Assembly: GCA_013239625.1 (NCBI GenBank)
Contig: MU056898.1
Coordinates: 2,013,717-2,077,716, forward strand
Direction of reading: 5' to 3'
Length of the DNA stretch: 64,000 nt
Source: Lama guanicoe
Taxonomy: Eukaryota
The position numbers and the translations under genes are program-made. This document shows, piece after piece, positions 1 through 12,362 of this stretch. The notes beneath the pieces were generated by a model, which saw only the letters and a program-made list of their open reading frames with translations, ran no database searches and had not been told where the DNA came from. Each line of letters starts with the position of its first letter. Position 1 is the stretch's first letter.

Positions 1-1056
1 ACGGTGTCCCAACAGTTCTCCAGACACGTCTGCAGAAGTCAGGGCTGGTGCCCAAAATAAAGCGGCCCTGTGGAGCCCCTCCGTCAGGAAACAAGCCACC
101 TCACACAGAGGACACGTGCTGGGGATGGCGGTCTTGTCACTGTGACAGCCGGCAACTGGCACTGGGGAGGGGGCTGTGGAGACGCCAGCAGGAACCAACA
201 CGCTTGCTGCCGTGACACTGAGAACGAGGCGGACCGGGGGCTGCGGGGGCGCCCTCACTCGGTACCGCACCTCGTGGCGGCAGCGCGGGCGCCCTCTGTC
301 CCCCTCCTGCTCCCGGCCGCGCTCGGGGATCTGGGTCGGCCTACACGTCCGGCGCCCCCGCTGCGCCCGGGCTCACACTTCAGGGGCTATTTTCACTTCC
401 TGGAGCTCTTAAAGCCACCTTTCAGAAACCAGTGAGAGCTAACAGCAGTAAAATATGCAGGTGAGGGTGAGACCCGTGTGGCTACCGCCCGTCCCAAGGG
501 GAAGCCACCGCAGCCGCGCTCCACCTGCCTGGAGCCTGCCTGGTGGCCCTTCTCCCCCAGGGTCTCACTGGGCCTGTTCCGCCTTCCTGCCTGCACCTTT
601 GATTCTCAACCTGCTTTTAGGGATGTTACTCTTTCAGCTTTCTGAGGACCCCAAACACACTAGGGGTCCTGGAATTACCCGTATTGCACCAGGGGTGCGC
701 TGGCTGGGTTTCCCTATGTTCCCGGGCACGTGTGTTGCAGGCGCACCTCCAGTGACGGGAGGCCCAGCTGGCGCCCAGGCCTCTTCTCGCCCCGATGGCC
801 TGGACCCCAGCTGCTGCCCCAGGGCGGGGTCCCTGCCAGCTCCAGGCCTGTGCCCCGGCGGCTGTGGGCGCCTGACGCCCTGGCCCCAATTCTGCTCCAC
901 GAGATGCCCGGCTGTTTCTCATGCGACATGACTCATTCAGGGATGCCAACCTGCCATTGCCAGGTCTGGACTCGGTACCAACCCGACCAGTAGCATTTTC
1001 TGTTTCTCCCGTGACACAAACAGAAGCAGGTGACATGGAAACGAGAAAGGTCGTAC

Positions 1057-1213
1057 CGGGATAAATCTTCATGAATTTGTCTGGATCGATCACATCGTCA
1101 GAGGTTTTTAAAAATGCGCTGATGATTCTGCATGAAGTTAACCGAGTCATCTGCGAGTCTTCCTCCAGGGCGGTTAGAATCTGAGGCGTCAGCGTTCCCC
1201 GCACTTCCTGCAC
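1057..1213 (-). CDS. DNAAF5: DNAAF5 exon 11 (last exon in the window; the gene continues left of position 1)
   Basis: [52 protein letters not shown]; donor CCG|GTACGA; 157 nt; the following ELLKRLDD exon is not seen in the window. Confidence 0.94.
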
Positions 1214-1889
1214 CTGCAATCAGAAAGCACACGCGCTGCGGGTCACGGCTGCTGCCATCCTGGGGGTACAACGGCCGCTCGGCCACTGTGTGTGCTCTGC
1301 CCGTGATGGAAGAGACTTGGTTTTGGTGCAAATACGGGGAGTCTGGAGTGCTGCTGGGAACCTTCTCCTTAAGGAGCAGACTTGAAAGCTGATTTTAAAA
1401 TCCAGACAACTAGCACAGCGGTCAGTGGATGCCTTCCAGATCCACTACTTGCCAGGTCGCAGCGAGGCACTGACCCTGCCCAGCTTGCTCCATGCTAGGA
1501 GGACAGGGTGTGGTGTCCAGTGAGCCTGGGGGACGTTTTCACTTAGTAAGAGTCGTTTGGGTCCAGGAGGTGGATGCTGGGGGTGTTTAACCACGTGAGG
1601 AATGGACGCAGAGGAAAACCAAAGCTGTGACTGCTCCGCCGTGGCCTCAGCCCTCGTCTAACTGGAGACACGGAGACAGACAACACCAAAAGCCCGCTGT
1701 CGGCCTCAAGTTAATAAACCCGTGACAAAGTTCTTTGCTTGTAAAGAGAGACAGTCACCCGAGAAAGTCTGCAGGACCCGTCACGGAGACAAAGGCTTTC
1801 CCGCTCTGGTGGCAGGGATGCTCCAGTCCCCCCGTCTGTCTGTCTGGGAGCATCTGTGTCCCTGACACAGGACCCGGGTGAACACCCAC

Positions 1890-2040
1890 CTGCTTGTTGG
1901 ACAGGATCCCGCTGCTGATAAGCGCCCAGAGGCAGGACACGGCCGCCGTGCGGATGGCTCCCGCCGTCCTGCCCGCGTGCCACTGGAGGTTGGGGACGAA
2001 GATGTCCTTGATCATGGTGTCAAGGTAGGCGTGGAACTGT
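1890..2040 (-). CDS. DNAAF5: DNAAF5 exon 10
   Basis: [50 protein letters not shown]; donor CAG|GTGGGT; 151 nt. Confidence 0.95.
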
Positions 2041-4369
2041 CTGGAGCGAAGGCAGGAGAGCGCAGGTGAGGGCGCATGTAGACCCTCCAGGGAAGCCCTG
2101 CAGTTTGGGAAATGGGCCCAACAGAGCAAAGAGGCCCAGCGGTGAAGACTGCAGAAGTGACACGCGGGACTCTGAGCAGGAGGGGGGCAGCTGGCGGGGC
2201 CCCTCTCCTGGGAGCAGGGGGCCAGAACCCCAGGGCCCAGGGGCGTATTCCAGCCCCCTCCCCACTTTGTGGCCAAGGGGCTTCACCTGTCACCCTCCCT
2301 GGATCCAAGAAAAGGGCCGGCAAGTCACCCCACGGGCAGTCATCTGGCAGAGACAGGCTGTGTGGTCCCTCAGACCACGTCCTGCCACTTCAGCAGAAGG
2401 CATGGTGGGGCCGTGACCACGGTCCCAGATGCAAGGGAGCAGCAGACGCAGATGCTTCGCCAACGACACCGGGGGCGTTCGTCTTGACTGTGACCAGCCC
2501 ATTCAAGGTGCCGTCAGGACAAACGCGGAGCAGAAAAAAATGGGAATCCCAGCCCTGAGCTGCCCACTGGCCTCGTGGCCCAGCCTGCAGAGCCGCGCTG
2601 GAGGCCAGGATTACCCCCGAGGAGGCCCTCACTTTCTGGCCCTCCCCGCCGCCTCCGGCTCTCACGACTCACACACTCAGGTTCTCAGTGGGCAGAGCTG
2701 CTGCTTCCTGCACTGATTCACGAGGGGGCCCTCTGGGCGGCTCAGCCCACGGCCCAGCGGAGGCAGTCCTCAAGACGTGGCCACGAGGCCAGAAGGCCCA
2801 GCGCTGGCCATGGGAGGGACAGGTGGGGGCTGCTAACTCCAGTTGGAACCTGTCCCTGCAGCACTGAGATGCCAGGACCAGTGAAGGCCCTGGGCGTCCA
2901 GAGAGCGAATCCCACTGCACCGGAAGGAGGCACCCTGTCCACGGCTGGGCCTTGGGATGCGTGGGCACGTCAGGGCCACAGGCTCCTCCAAAACCACCTG
3001 CATCCGGGCTGTGCTCAGTGGTGACACCAGCGTGTTAAAATCCCGCAATTTTCCAACAGGACCCCTCACTCAGAGGGGCTGACACCCCTGGTTCTCAGGC
3101 AACTGTGGGAAACAGACCGGGAGGGGCTGGCGAGCACCCCGCAGTGCAGCCTCTGGGGGAGAAACCGTCGGCGGTCGGGGGCTGCCCTGGGTGCACACGT
3201 CTGGGCACCCTGCTGAGGGAGCAGCCCTGCTTCTCCAGGGATGTGCACTCCACCCGGGGGTGACCTCCAGCACCGGCCCACCCTCACACCACGGCCCACC
3301 CCCCGCCCTCCATCCAGACGTCTGGGGTGGGAGCCTGGTGACCCTGGTCAGGCCCGGTGTCTGCCCTCAGGCAGGACCCTCAGGCTGCGTGGGGACCTCA
3401 GTGCCACGCCTGTCCCCACAGTCAAGGCGGTGTTTCCTGAAGATCGAAACTGAGTTATTTTTCAAAATCTTTCCTGTCTGTAAAACAGCTAATGTCTTCA
3501 CTAAATAATCATAAGCTGAACTTTTCTCTCCTGATACTGATTTCTTTCCATGAAAAGCCTTCAAGAGCAGTTTCTTTCGGGGACTTGGTCCCGGCATGGA
3601 GGCTGCTGCCCAGGGGTCAGCTGTCCTCAGGTAGACACAGCCAGGCTGGGGCTCTGAGGGTAACCGCCCGGCCCGGGCTCTCTGCTTGGAGTCTGCCTGC
3701 TTGCGGGGTGGCTGCAGGCTCGCCGCCGCACCTCTAGGTCCCTTCCAACCCTGGAAGCTTCTGCTGAAGGCGGGAAATAAAACTTCCCGCAGCAGGATGG
3801 GCCAGCTAGATGCCCAAGGGCAGAGACCCGAGGAACATCCAGGGAAGAGAAGTCTGAATGATGACTTCTCTTCATTCAGACTTCCTGGGAAACTCCAGGA
3901 TACGTGAGAACGAGGCGGGACTTGTGGTAGATCTGCCCCTCTTGGGATGGGCCCCAGACAGCTCACAGCATCGCGCTGGCCACGTCCCCTTCTGCGGGGA
4001 CACTGGGCTGATTTAACAAGCAGGGCAGGGCCTGCTGGACGGAGCTGTGCCTCCCCTCTCCTGCCGCAGAAGCTCCCCTGCAGAACAGGTTTCCTAAGTT
4101 CTAACCTCAATGGTCCTTCAATCAATTCAATCAACCCTTTGTTGGGCTTGAAAGCAGCTAATACATAAACCATTTAACAGTTAACATCTTCACTCAGTGG
4201 GATTTTAACGACCACAGAGGATGACTTTGATTCGTGTCTCTCCGTGTGGTGCCCCCGCCGCCGTGACTGACCGTGACTGCAGGACAGCAGGCACCTAGCG
4301 CTCAGGGGCCACCTTGGCCTGGCGCGGCGCGGGGGACGGTGCGGGGCTGTGGGGGCAGAGCTGACCTAC

Positions 4370-4517
4370 CCTTGTGAGTCGACCGTCTCCCGGGCTCGCA
4401 GCAACACCCCTGTCAGAGTGGAGAAGAGTCTCAGGCGCATGGAGGGGTCTCTGGTTGGCTGGAGGCAGCTCTGGAGGACAGGGACCAGCTGGGGCAGCGC
4501 CTCCCCAAGAGCAGGGC
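4370..4517 (-). CDS. DNAAF5: DNAAF5 exon 9
   Basis: (G)[48 protein letters not shown](G); donor GG|GTAGGT; 148 nt. Confidence 0.95.
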
Positions 4518-6101
4518 CTGCAAAACACACAGCAGCTCGGTTCCTGCCTGGCGGGAGGGTGGGAGGAGGGTGCACTGAGCGCAGCGACACGTGCGCCCGC
4601 GGCCCCGGGAAGGACGCTCTCCGCACAGGATGGTGGCTGCCGCCTCTCTGGATGGGGACGTGACTGTCAAAGAAAAGTGACAAGAATGCTTTAGCCCCCC
4701 AGATCGCTCTAACTGTTCAGTACGTAAACTTCCTTTTTCTTACATTTTCCTGAATTCTTAACAAAACTAACGTCAAGCAATCTTTCAGCACATGTGAGCT
4801 GCTCGGTATTTGCCCCTGAAGTCAGCAGCCACCGTCCTCATCCCAGCTGGTCCCTGGAGGAAGTGGCGGCTCCCAGAGCCTAGGGGGACCCAGATACGGC
4901 GACGCACCTTGGGGTCTGGAGACTCGCCAGTCGTGACCGGACCCCAGGCTCCGGGGCCTGGACCTGAGTCACGCGACGCCCTCCCCGTCGGGCCCTGTGC
5001 CAACGCCGGATGTTGTGCTCCAGAACCGACCATGGTCCCGCTGACACCCTCCAGGGGACGGCAGTCTGCTCGTCCTGGGAGAAGTTAGAGACCTACGTCC
5101 TTCCAGATGCATCGTCTCAATCTCTGGCATCAAAGCAGGACAAAGACGTGTGGCCAGAGGGCTGGCTGTCCACCTGCAGTCTTGCCACTGCCAGGTGGTG
5201 TGGCCTGCGAGCGGGGGGCCTTGGGCGCGTCTGTGAAGCAGGGCTCAGAGTTCCTGCCTCACAGAGGAGCCGCGAGGACCCTGAGCTGACTCTGCAGAGC
5301 AGCTCCAGACGTTTGCTGCTGGCAACCGTCTGTAGTTTTCTTTCCAAATTTGGACACACAGATTTGCTGACACATGACAGAGAACAAGTGTGGATCCACC
5401 CCTCCAGGTCTCATAGCACCAGGGCCACTGAGATGAACCCCAAAATGGTCCTGGGGACCCCCACAACACTGAGTAATGACTGTGTGACAGGAGTCACGTC
5501 CAGAGAGGGGGGAGGGGGCACAGAGTCTGCAGCCAACGAGGAATTAGGATTTTTATTAAATACAAGTGAAGAAAAAACTAACTTGCTCAACAAGTTTACA
5601 GCCACCTGGGAAGTGGTTTCAGGTAGCAAATCACTGTGTTTTTCTAGTGAAAACCTCAGTGATGTTTTGCAGTGTGGGCTGCACCTCTGGGACGGGGCCC
5701 AGCACCGTCCACTCAGGAGAGGCCGGACGTGGGGAGGCCGGGCGCAGCCCGTGATGGGCAGGCACACACCCAGCGCCAGCATAACGCGGAGGAAAACGTG
5801 AAGGCAACAGGCTACAGAAGAGGCCCTGACACCTCTCACCTTCAAGATTTAACGTGGAAAACGTGTGCCCGGCCAGACTTTACAGACCTACGTCACACAG
5901 TCTCCAGTATACGTTTCTGGCATTTTTAAAATTAAGGTTGCGCTCCTCAAAACACCCGTTCTCCCCAGGCACAAGTGACCACAAGTTACTTTAAAAACCA
6001 GGCCCTGGTCTGCGGCTTTCTGGTTCGTGCCAACCTCTGTCTGTGATGGGCCGGCCACAGCTACCACATGACCAGCACTTGGACCCGATTCAGGGGCTCA
6101 C

Positions 6102-6270
6102 CTGAGTGGGTGACCACCACGTCGAACTGCAGAAGTTCCGCAGAGTGGATGGTCCAGGCCTGGTGCGAGCCGGCCAGCCACTCCAGAAGAGGGCCCGTGT
6201 GCTCGCGGAACAAGTCCAGGCTGCCGTCCATGCTCGCCACCGCCGCCAGCGTGGCCAGGGTCTCCTGCAC
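6102..6270 (-). CDS. DNAAF5: DNAAF5 exon 8
   Basis: VQETLATLAAVASMDGSLDLFREHTGPLLEWL...HSAELLQFDVVVTHS; donor CAG|GTGAGC; 169 nt. Confidence 0.94.
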
Positions 6271-7522
6271 CTGGGGAGGCAAGCCACAGGCTGGGATGAC
6301 CAGATCTTGAGGGTGAGACCCCACTGGACACCCGTCCTCGTCATCTGAGGGAGACGGGGCCACTCAGGCCCACAGCAGACGACGCACACAGGGTGCAAGC
6401 AGGGATGAGGGTTGCGGATGGGGGCTTGCCCTGTCCACACCATCCTGTCTGTGCAGCAAGTCACCACGTGGACAAACGTGCACCTACAGCAGGTCTGCCC
6501 GGTTTCTGCAGCCCAGGGGGATGGGGCACTGCCTGCTCCTGCAGGGCAGAGGGCTGCATGCCTGCCAGGGCTCAGTCTGCGAGGAAGGGGACCAGGTGGT
6601 TTCAGGAAGTGAACAGTCTTAACCCATGTTCATCAAAGAGGAGCCTGTGCCTTACCCTGCCGAGGTCTCCACCCCGCCCAGCCCACCAGTGACAGCAGGT
6701 CTGCTGGGGGAGCACAGGGAGCAGGGAGGGGAGACCAGATGGTGCGCCAGCGCCACCTTCCAGCCTTCCTCCTCGGGTTTAGAACAGGACGTGCCTGGGC
6801 TGCTCTGCAGTTCCCTCTGTAACGACAGATTCTGTTTTTCTAGTATTTCAGGCCCTATGGTGACAGCTGCCTGCTGAGACACGTGCCCTCTGGGAAGAGG
6901 GTTTTGAAAGCGAGAAATAAAACAACGTTGAGGGAGGCCCCAATGAAGGCAGGGATGGAGGCGGGCAGCCTCCTTGACAGGGAGCAACAGGGCTCCGGTG
7001 GACCCGGTGAGTCTATGGGGTGGAGCACGGGGAGAACCGAGTTCTCGGCTTGGGGAGAAGCGTCCGGACACCGGGTCTCCGGACGGTCCCGCAGCCGCGG
7101 GGAGTCAGACGTCAGGCTTTAAGCCTGAACACAGCCAGCGAACGGCAACAATCCCGTCAAGCTGGACGGCAGCCACACAGGGGAGTCACGATGTCACCCT
7201 CGCCTGACTCCACTGCAGGTGTGTGTTTTTCGCCTCCTCAGATGCACAAGTGTCAGGTGAGGACGGCTCATCTCGGCGGCGGACTCTACGTCCCAGTGGC
7301 GTCTTCGCTCTGAGACACTAAGTAACTGGCAGTTGGAGGGACTCTAAAACCCCACGTACCCCCTAAGGCCACGTCGTAGAGGACTTGTCCTGAACATTCT
7401 GAATTCTTTCATCTTTGGTGTTGGGTAGGCCTGAGTCTTGGAATTCAAGTGCAGAGACTCATCACGGACGATGGCTACCTTTCCAAGTGCCCCCAGCAAA
7501 GCAGGAAGTGCCCCCACCTCAC

Positions 7523-7666
7523 CTTGTCGCCGAGGCCCGTGGCCCCCCACAGCGCCAGGACAGTCACCAACACCTCCATGAGCTGCAGGCTGGACCCCCG
7601 GCAGTCCTCCCTGCTGACGGCCACCACGGCCTGCACGCAGAGTAGCAGGGACTCCCCGTAGAGGAG
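7523..7666 (-). CDS. DNAAF5: DNAAF5 exon 7
   Basis: LLYGESLLLCVQAVVAVSREDCRGSSLQLMEVLVTVLALWGATGLGDK; donor AAG|GTGAGG; 144 nt. Confidence 0.94.
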
Positions 7667-9244
7667 CTGGGAAGAGAGCGGGACGCTGTCAGCCACCTCC
7701 CATGCCCCCCTCTCCGGGGCCAGATGAGGCCATGAGCACAAGGCCCATGGCCAGGGTACCCTCACGAGCAGACGCCAGGCCCGGGTCAGGCCCAGCACAC
7801 AAAGGGCATTCTTCCACACAGCAGGGAAAACAACTGGGACTGAGAGTCACAAAATTCACGGTAGTTTTCCTGAATGCTTAATGATGTTTTAGTTACATTT
7901 AAAGAAAACTTTTTTGTGTGTTGGCAACACGCACTGCAGAATTCACAAGTAGAAAGACAGGGTACCCTGGACCTGCTCGGAACGCCTCCTCTGCCCCCAC
8001 CCTGCCCGAAAGTCACAGGGAAGGAGTGAGGTGGGAGCCGTGAGGACCCGGGCCGCGCTGCTGGAGGCTCACCCTGCTCTTCCCTCTGCTCCGTGCACCT
8101 GACTGTTCCTGAAACTCTCAGCTTTAACAAAAATAAGTAAAATTCTACAAGTCAGAAGATGCCTCCTGATCGACGTGAGGACAAGGTGACACCCTAGTTG
8201 GGTCGAGCCAACCTCTCTCTCACCTCCTGGGCTCCGGCCTCATCACCCACAGAACAGGGTGACGGGGCCGGGGCCCAGGAAGAACTCCTTGTGCGCCCAG
8301 GACGTCCCCTAACCCGCTGCTGTACCATTTTTCACAAAGAACAGAATCGGTTGGGCAGGTCATGTTTGTGATTCACAGTGATTTACGGATAAGTGAGCAC
8401 GTAAGTAACTGGAGGAAAGCACTTCAGCTTTTTCACCAAGGAGACCTGAGCCCTGAAGGATGGTGACTGTTTGTCAAGATGATGGACTGTTCTAAATTCT
8501 GAATCTTCGCTCAGATTCCACGGCTCACTCGCAAGTGGTACAAATCTCTGAAGTTTAAACAAAAAACTCACCGTGGATCACACCCTGGGCCCCGGGGGTG
8601 ACTCTGGGTGTCCTGACTCCTGAGAGGCCGCGACTGGTGTTTTGTTCAAACCCTTCCTCCCCGCAGCTCAGTTCTTTCAGGCCTGGACTGGCGGACCTTT
8701 TGAGGACTGACTTTGGCTAACTTCTAAGTGCACGTTTGTGGAGCTATCACATTCACGGGTGTCGCGGGGATGGCGGGAGAGGTGTACCTGCACCGCGTTC
8801 ACTGGACGGACAGACGGGTGACAGGCCTGCAGCTGCACTCAAGGCAGCGGGAGGGGCCCCTCAGAGCTGCCGATCGTGCCGCCCTCTCTGGGCCCAAGAC
8901 CACCCAGAGCAGCGCCGTCCAGCAGAGCGTGCTGCCCACCCCATGGCCGTGCTCTGGCTGCACGTGGTCCCCGGGTGCTCGCGACACGGCCGAGGACAGC
9001 ACTTGCACCTTGTTTGATCCCAGTGCAAGCAGCCAGCACGTCTGACAGAGCAGAACCAGGCAGGAGGCACGCAGGCCCCCAGACAGGAGACCATCCTGGG
9101 CCGCCCGGGCCACCGTGCCGGTCCGTGTCCCTGGCAGGCCCGTGGGGACCACCACTGATGGTCACGTGCACATGGCACCTGGCAGAGACCTCGTCACCAC
9201 GTCGGCAGGTTAACCCTCCACCCACCCCCTCCCACACTCCTTAC

Positions 9245-9457
9245 GTTTTCAGATCCTTGGCAGATGTGAGCCTGGGCCAGCTCCGCAGCGATGATCTTCA
9301 CATGAGGCCGGAGGGCCTCCCTCGGGCAGCCTTGGATGACCGAAGCGAGGACCAGGAGGCCGGAGGGGGAGGGCGACTTTCTCAGTGTCGGCAAGATCAG
9401 CTTCAGAAACACCTCTGGGCTGACGAAGGTGCCGATCAGCTGCGCAGACCTCGTGCA
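9245..9457 (-). CDS. DNAAF5: DNAAF5 exon 6
   Basis: [30 protein letters not shown]...[14 protein letters not shown]; donor AAC|GTAAGG; 213 nt. Confidence 0.95.
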
Positions 9458-10110
9458 CTGTGGGAGAGGGCAGGAGACTGAGGGCCGTCAGTGCCCCGCC
9501 ACGGCCCCTGAGCTCTCGGCACCGCCTGTCTGCCTCATGGGGCTTCACCCACCAGAAACAGCCCTGCGCAAAGTCTCCTCTAGGTGGGCGCTCGTGGTGC
9601 TGGTGAAAAACAGGTGTGTCCCTCACGACCGTCAGAACTTCACCGAGAAGATGCTCAGGCCACCCGGCCTGTGGGACAGCTGTGTCCGAGCATCTAGGGG
9701 CCAGGGAAAGCCTCGGAGCCAGGTTGGGGGGGGGGCCCGGCTGCTGGCCTGGACTCCCATGGGCAGCCCTGCATGCCTGGCCACATGTGGGTCTCGGAAG
9801 CTGTCGCTAAAGGGCTCGCAGGGTGGAGGGCCCGTTTATGCTGGGATGCACTCGGCCCCACAAGAACACATGCAGAGCTGATCGCCCTCTCAGGCTTGGA
9901 GAGGCCGTGATGGCAGTGGAGTCAGTAACCTCCAAGAGCCATTCCTCACGGGCACCGTCCGAGCGAAGCAGGAGCCCAGGGAGAGCCCGGGGGCCCGAGA
10001 ACATCTGCACCTTATCGTGGGGAGACCCCACGTCTGCTCATGTTTGTCCAGGTTCAGACTCAGGCCTGAGAGGGGACTCTAGCCCCTACGTTACAGGGAC
10101 GGCCACTCAC

Positions 10111-10343
10111 GCTGCTGACCACAGCCCGCTCCTCGTCGGCGCAGGCGTGCTGCAGGGTGCGCAGGACGGGCTCCAGGTGCTGCGTGACGTGGTCCTCCGC
10201 GTGGAGCAGCAGCACCACCAGCAGCTGCGCGGACTTCACCCGGGTCCCCGCCACCCAGTCGCCGATGTCGTGACAGACGGCAGGAAGGATCTTGGAGAGG
10301 TTTCTGAAGACGAGCTCGCGGCAGCCCAGCCCCGGGCGGCTCC
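10111..10343 (-). CDS. DNAAF5: DNAAF5 exon 5
   Basis: (G)[41 protein letters not shown]...DEERAVVSS; donor AGC|GTGAGT; 233 nt. Confidence 0.95.
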
Positions 10344-10559
10344 CTGCGGATCAAAGGTGGAGAGTAAACCTTGAAACCGAGACAAAGTCTCAGCGAGTCT
10401 ATGGAAAGAACACGTTCCTCATTCAGGCACACGAATGTGCTTTACTTTCAGGTCTTAAAACTTCAAAACAACTCTTCAGGCAGAAACGAAGCCTTAAAGT
10501 GTCACAACTGACTTTAAATTTTCCTACAGCAAAATCCTGGAGTGAGTGACACACGGTAA

Positions 10560-11790
10560 CTACACGCTTGAAGTGCAGTTTGCTAAGTTCTGACGTGGGT
10601 GCACCTGCAGGCCATCTCCGCAGTCAAGGTAACATGCATCCATCACGGGTTTCCTGTGCTCCGTGCAAAGCCCCCCAGCCCCAGGCGGCCCCCGTCTGCT
10701 TCCCGTCACTACAGATGAGCCGCCTCTTCTAGACTTTCTGTGCAAGGGCTGCACAGAACACGCTCGCTTCTGTCCAGCTTCTCCTGCAGCGTCTGAGACC
10801 AGTGGGCTGGGGCACTGATTCCTCTTCACTGCCGAGCGGTAGTCCACTGCGTGGACAGCCTAGTCTGCCTGGCTGTCCGCCTGCCGGCAGACACCCGAGT
10901 TGGGTCTGGTGTGGGCTGTCAGGGACAAGGCTGTGTGCACGCTGCCCTCGCCTCTCCGGGGCGAGCGCTGAGGAACGCCACGGCCGACCACACGGCAGGC
11001 GTGTAACCAACTATTTAAGAAACTGCGGTGCATTTCCCAAGGTGGCTGCACGGTTCCTCACCTACGCCAGCTACGCGTACCAGGTCTCTGGGCGCAGTCT
11101 CAAACGGAAACCTCTAGGGGGCGTGGTGGCACCTCCTTGGGCTGGAGCATGTTCTCACGTGCTTATCTGACACCTGTGTGTCCTCAGTGAGGTGTCTTTT
11201 CAAACCTTTCCTGCCCTGAACTGAAAAACCATGTTTTTGTGTCACGGGATCCTGAGAGTCCGCGTCTGGATACAGGTCTTCACACATGTAACGTGCCAAC
11301 ATCTCCGTCTGTGGCTGGTCGTGTCATCCTCTGAACGCCTCTCCAGCAGCAGCAGTTTTCATTCTGTTCGAAACCACTGTTATCAGCCGTCTCTCGTGGA
11401 GTGTTTAACCCAGGTCCACGAGCATCTGGGGTTACTTTTCGTGCGTCAGAGGAGGTTGGATCCAAGCCCCGCCTGCATGTCCAGAGATGCTAGCACCGCC
11501 GCTGAGACGTCCTCCCCTGCACTGCCTTTGCACCTGTCAAAACTCAGTGTCCACACGTGTGCATGTTTCTGGACCCCACTCTGCCCCACTGGCCTGTCTG
11601 TCTGTCCTCATGCAGACTCCACACCGTCCTGGTTACCGCGGTTTTGTGTCTTGAGACCAGGAAGTGCTCGTCCTTCAGCCCTGCTGTTCTTTTCTGGAGT
11701 CTGGGCGGCTCCGGGTCCTTTGCATTTCCTTGTGAATTTCAGGTTAAGTTTCTCAATTTCTGCAGAAAAGCCTTAGAGGATTTTGATGAT
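10560..11790 (-). mobile_element. Old L1 (L1M-type) 3' portion, antisense
   Basis: Degenerate L1 3'UTR/ORF2 motifs such as gtcctttgcatttccttgtgaatttcaggttaagtttctcaatttctgcagaaaag; approximate bounds. Confidence 0.75.
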
Positions 11791-12216
11791 AAGACTTTGA
11801 CCTTAAAAATTCAAAAGAACTCTAGACATTGAAGTGAAACCATGACGTACCAGAGTTTAAAGGGTGGCTTAGAGACCCCATTCTGAATCTCTCTTCCTGT
11901 TACTTTTCTACTTTTATGGTATATGAGAGAGTAAGTTTCAAAAGATTCAAGTTTTGTTGCCTATTTAAGTGAGCTTGCTGTAATTTTGTAAAAATATAAA
12001 CCCCCAAATAATAAATACCATTTTCTTCCTGACACATCTGCTGCGGAAAGTCTCCGAGGTGAGGGACACGTTAACAAAGACATCTGGGGAGGGTCTGCTC
12101 ACAGGTGGACACACAGCCTGGGAGGTATTCTCAAAGAAATGCTGGCCTCACTGTGGAAGGGGTTCTGAAGCCACTTTCTGAACTTGACTGAGCAGACGAG
12201 TGGCGCTCTTCTTGCC

Positions 12217-12362
12217 CAGGGGCCGCATGCTGGCTAAGAAGCCATGTCGGGCCCGCTGTGTTTCTGTAAAGCAGGCCTCGCTCATGACCGTTGTCTGGGG
12301 CTGGGCCGCTGGGGCCTGCAAAGCCCTGACTATTTACTGTCTGGCCTTTCCCAGAAGGTCCA
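12217..12362 (+). mobile_element. MER58-like hAT-Charlie MITE relic
   Basis: gcctgcaaagccctgactatttactgtctggcctttcccagaa resembles the MER58A 3' end. Confidence 0.6.
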
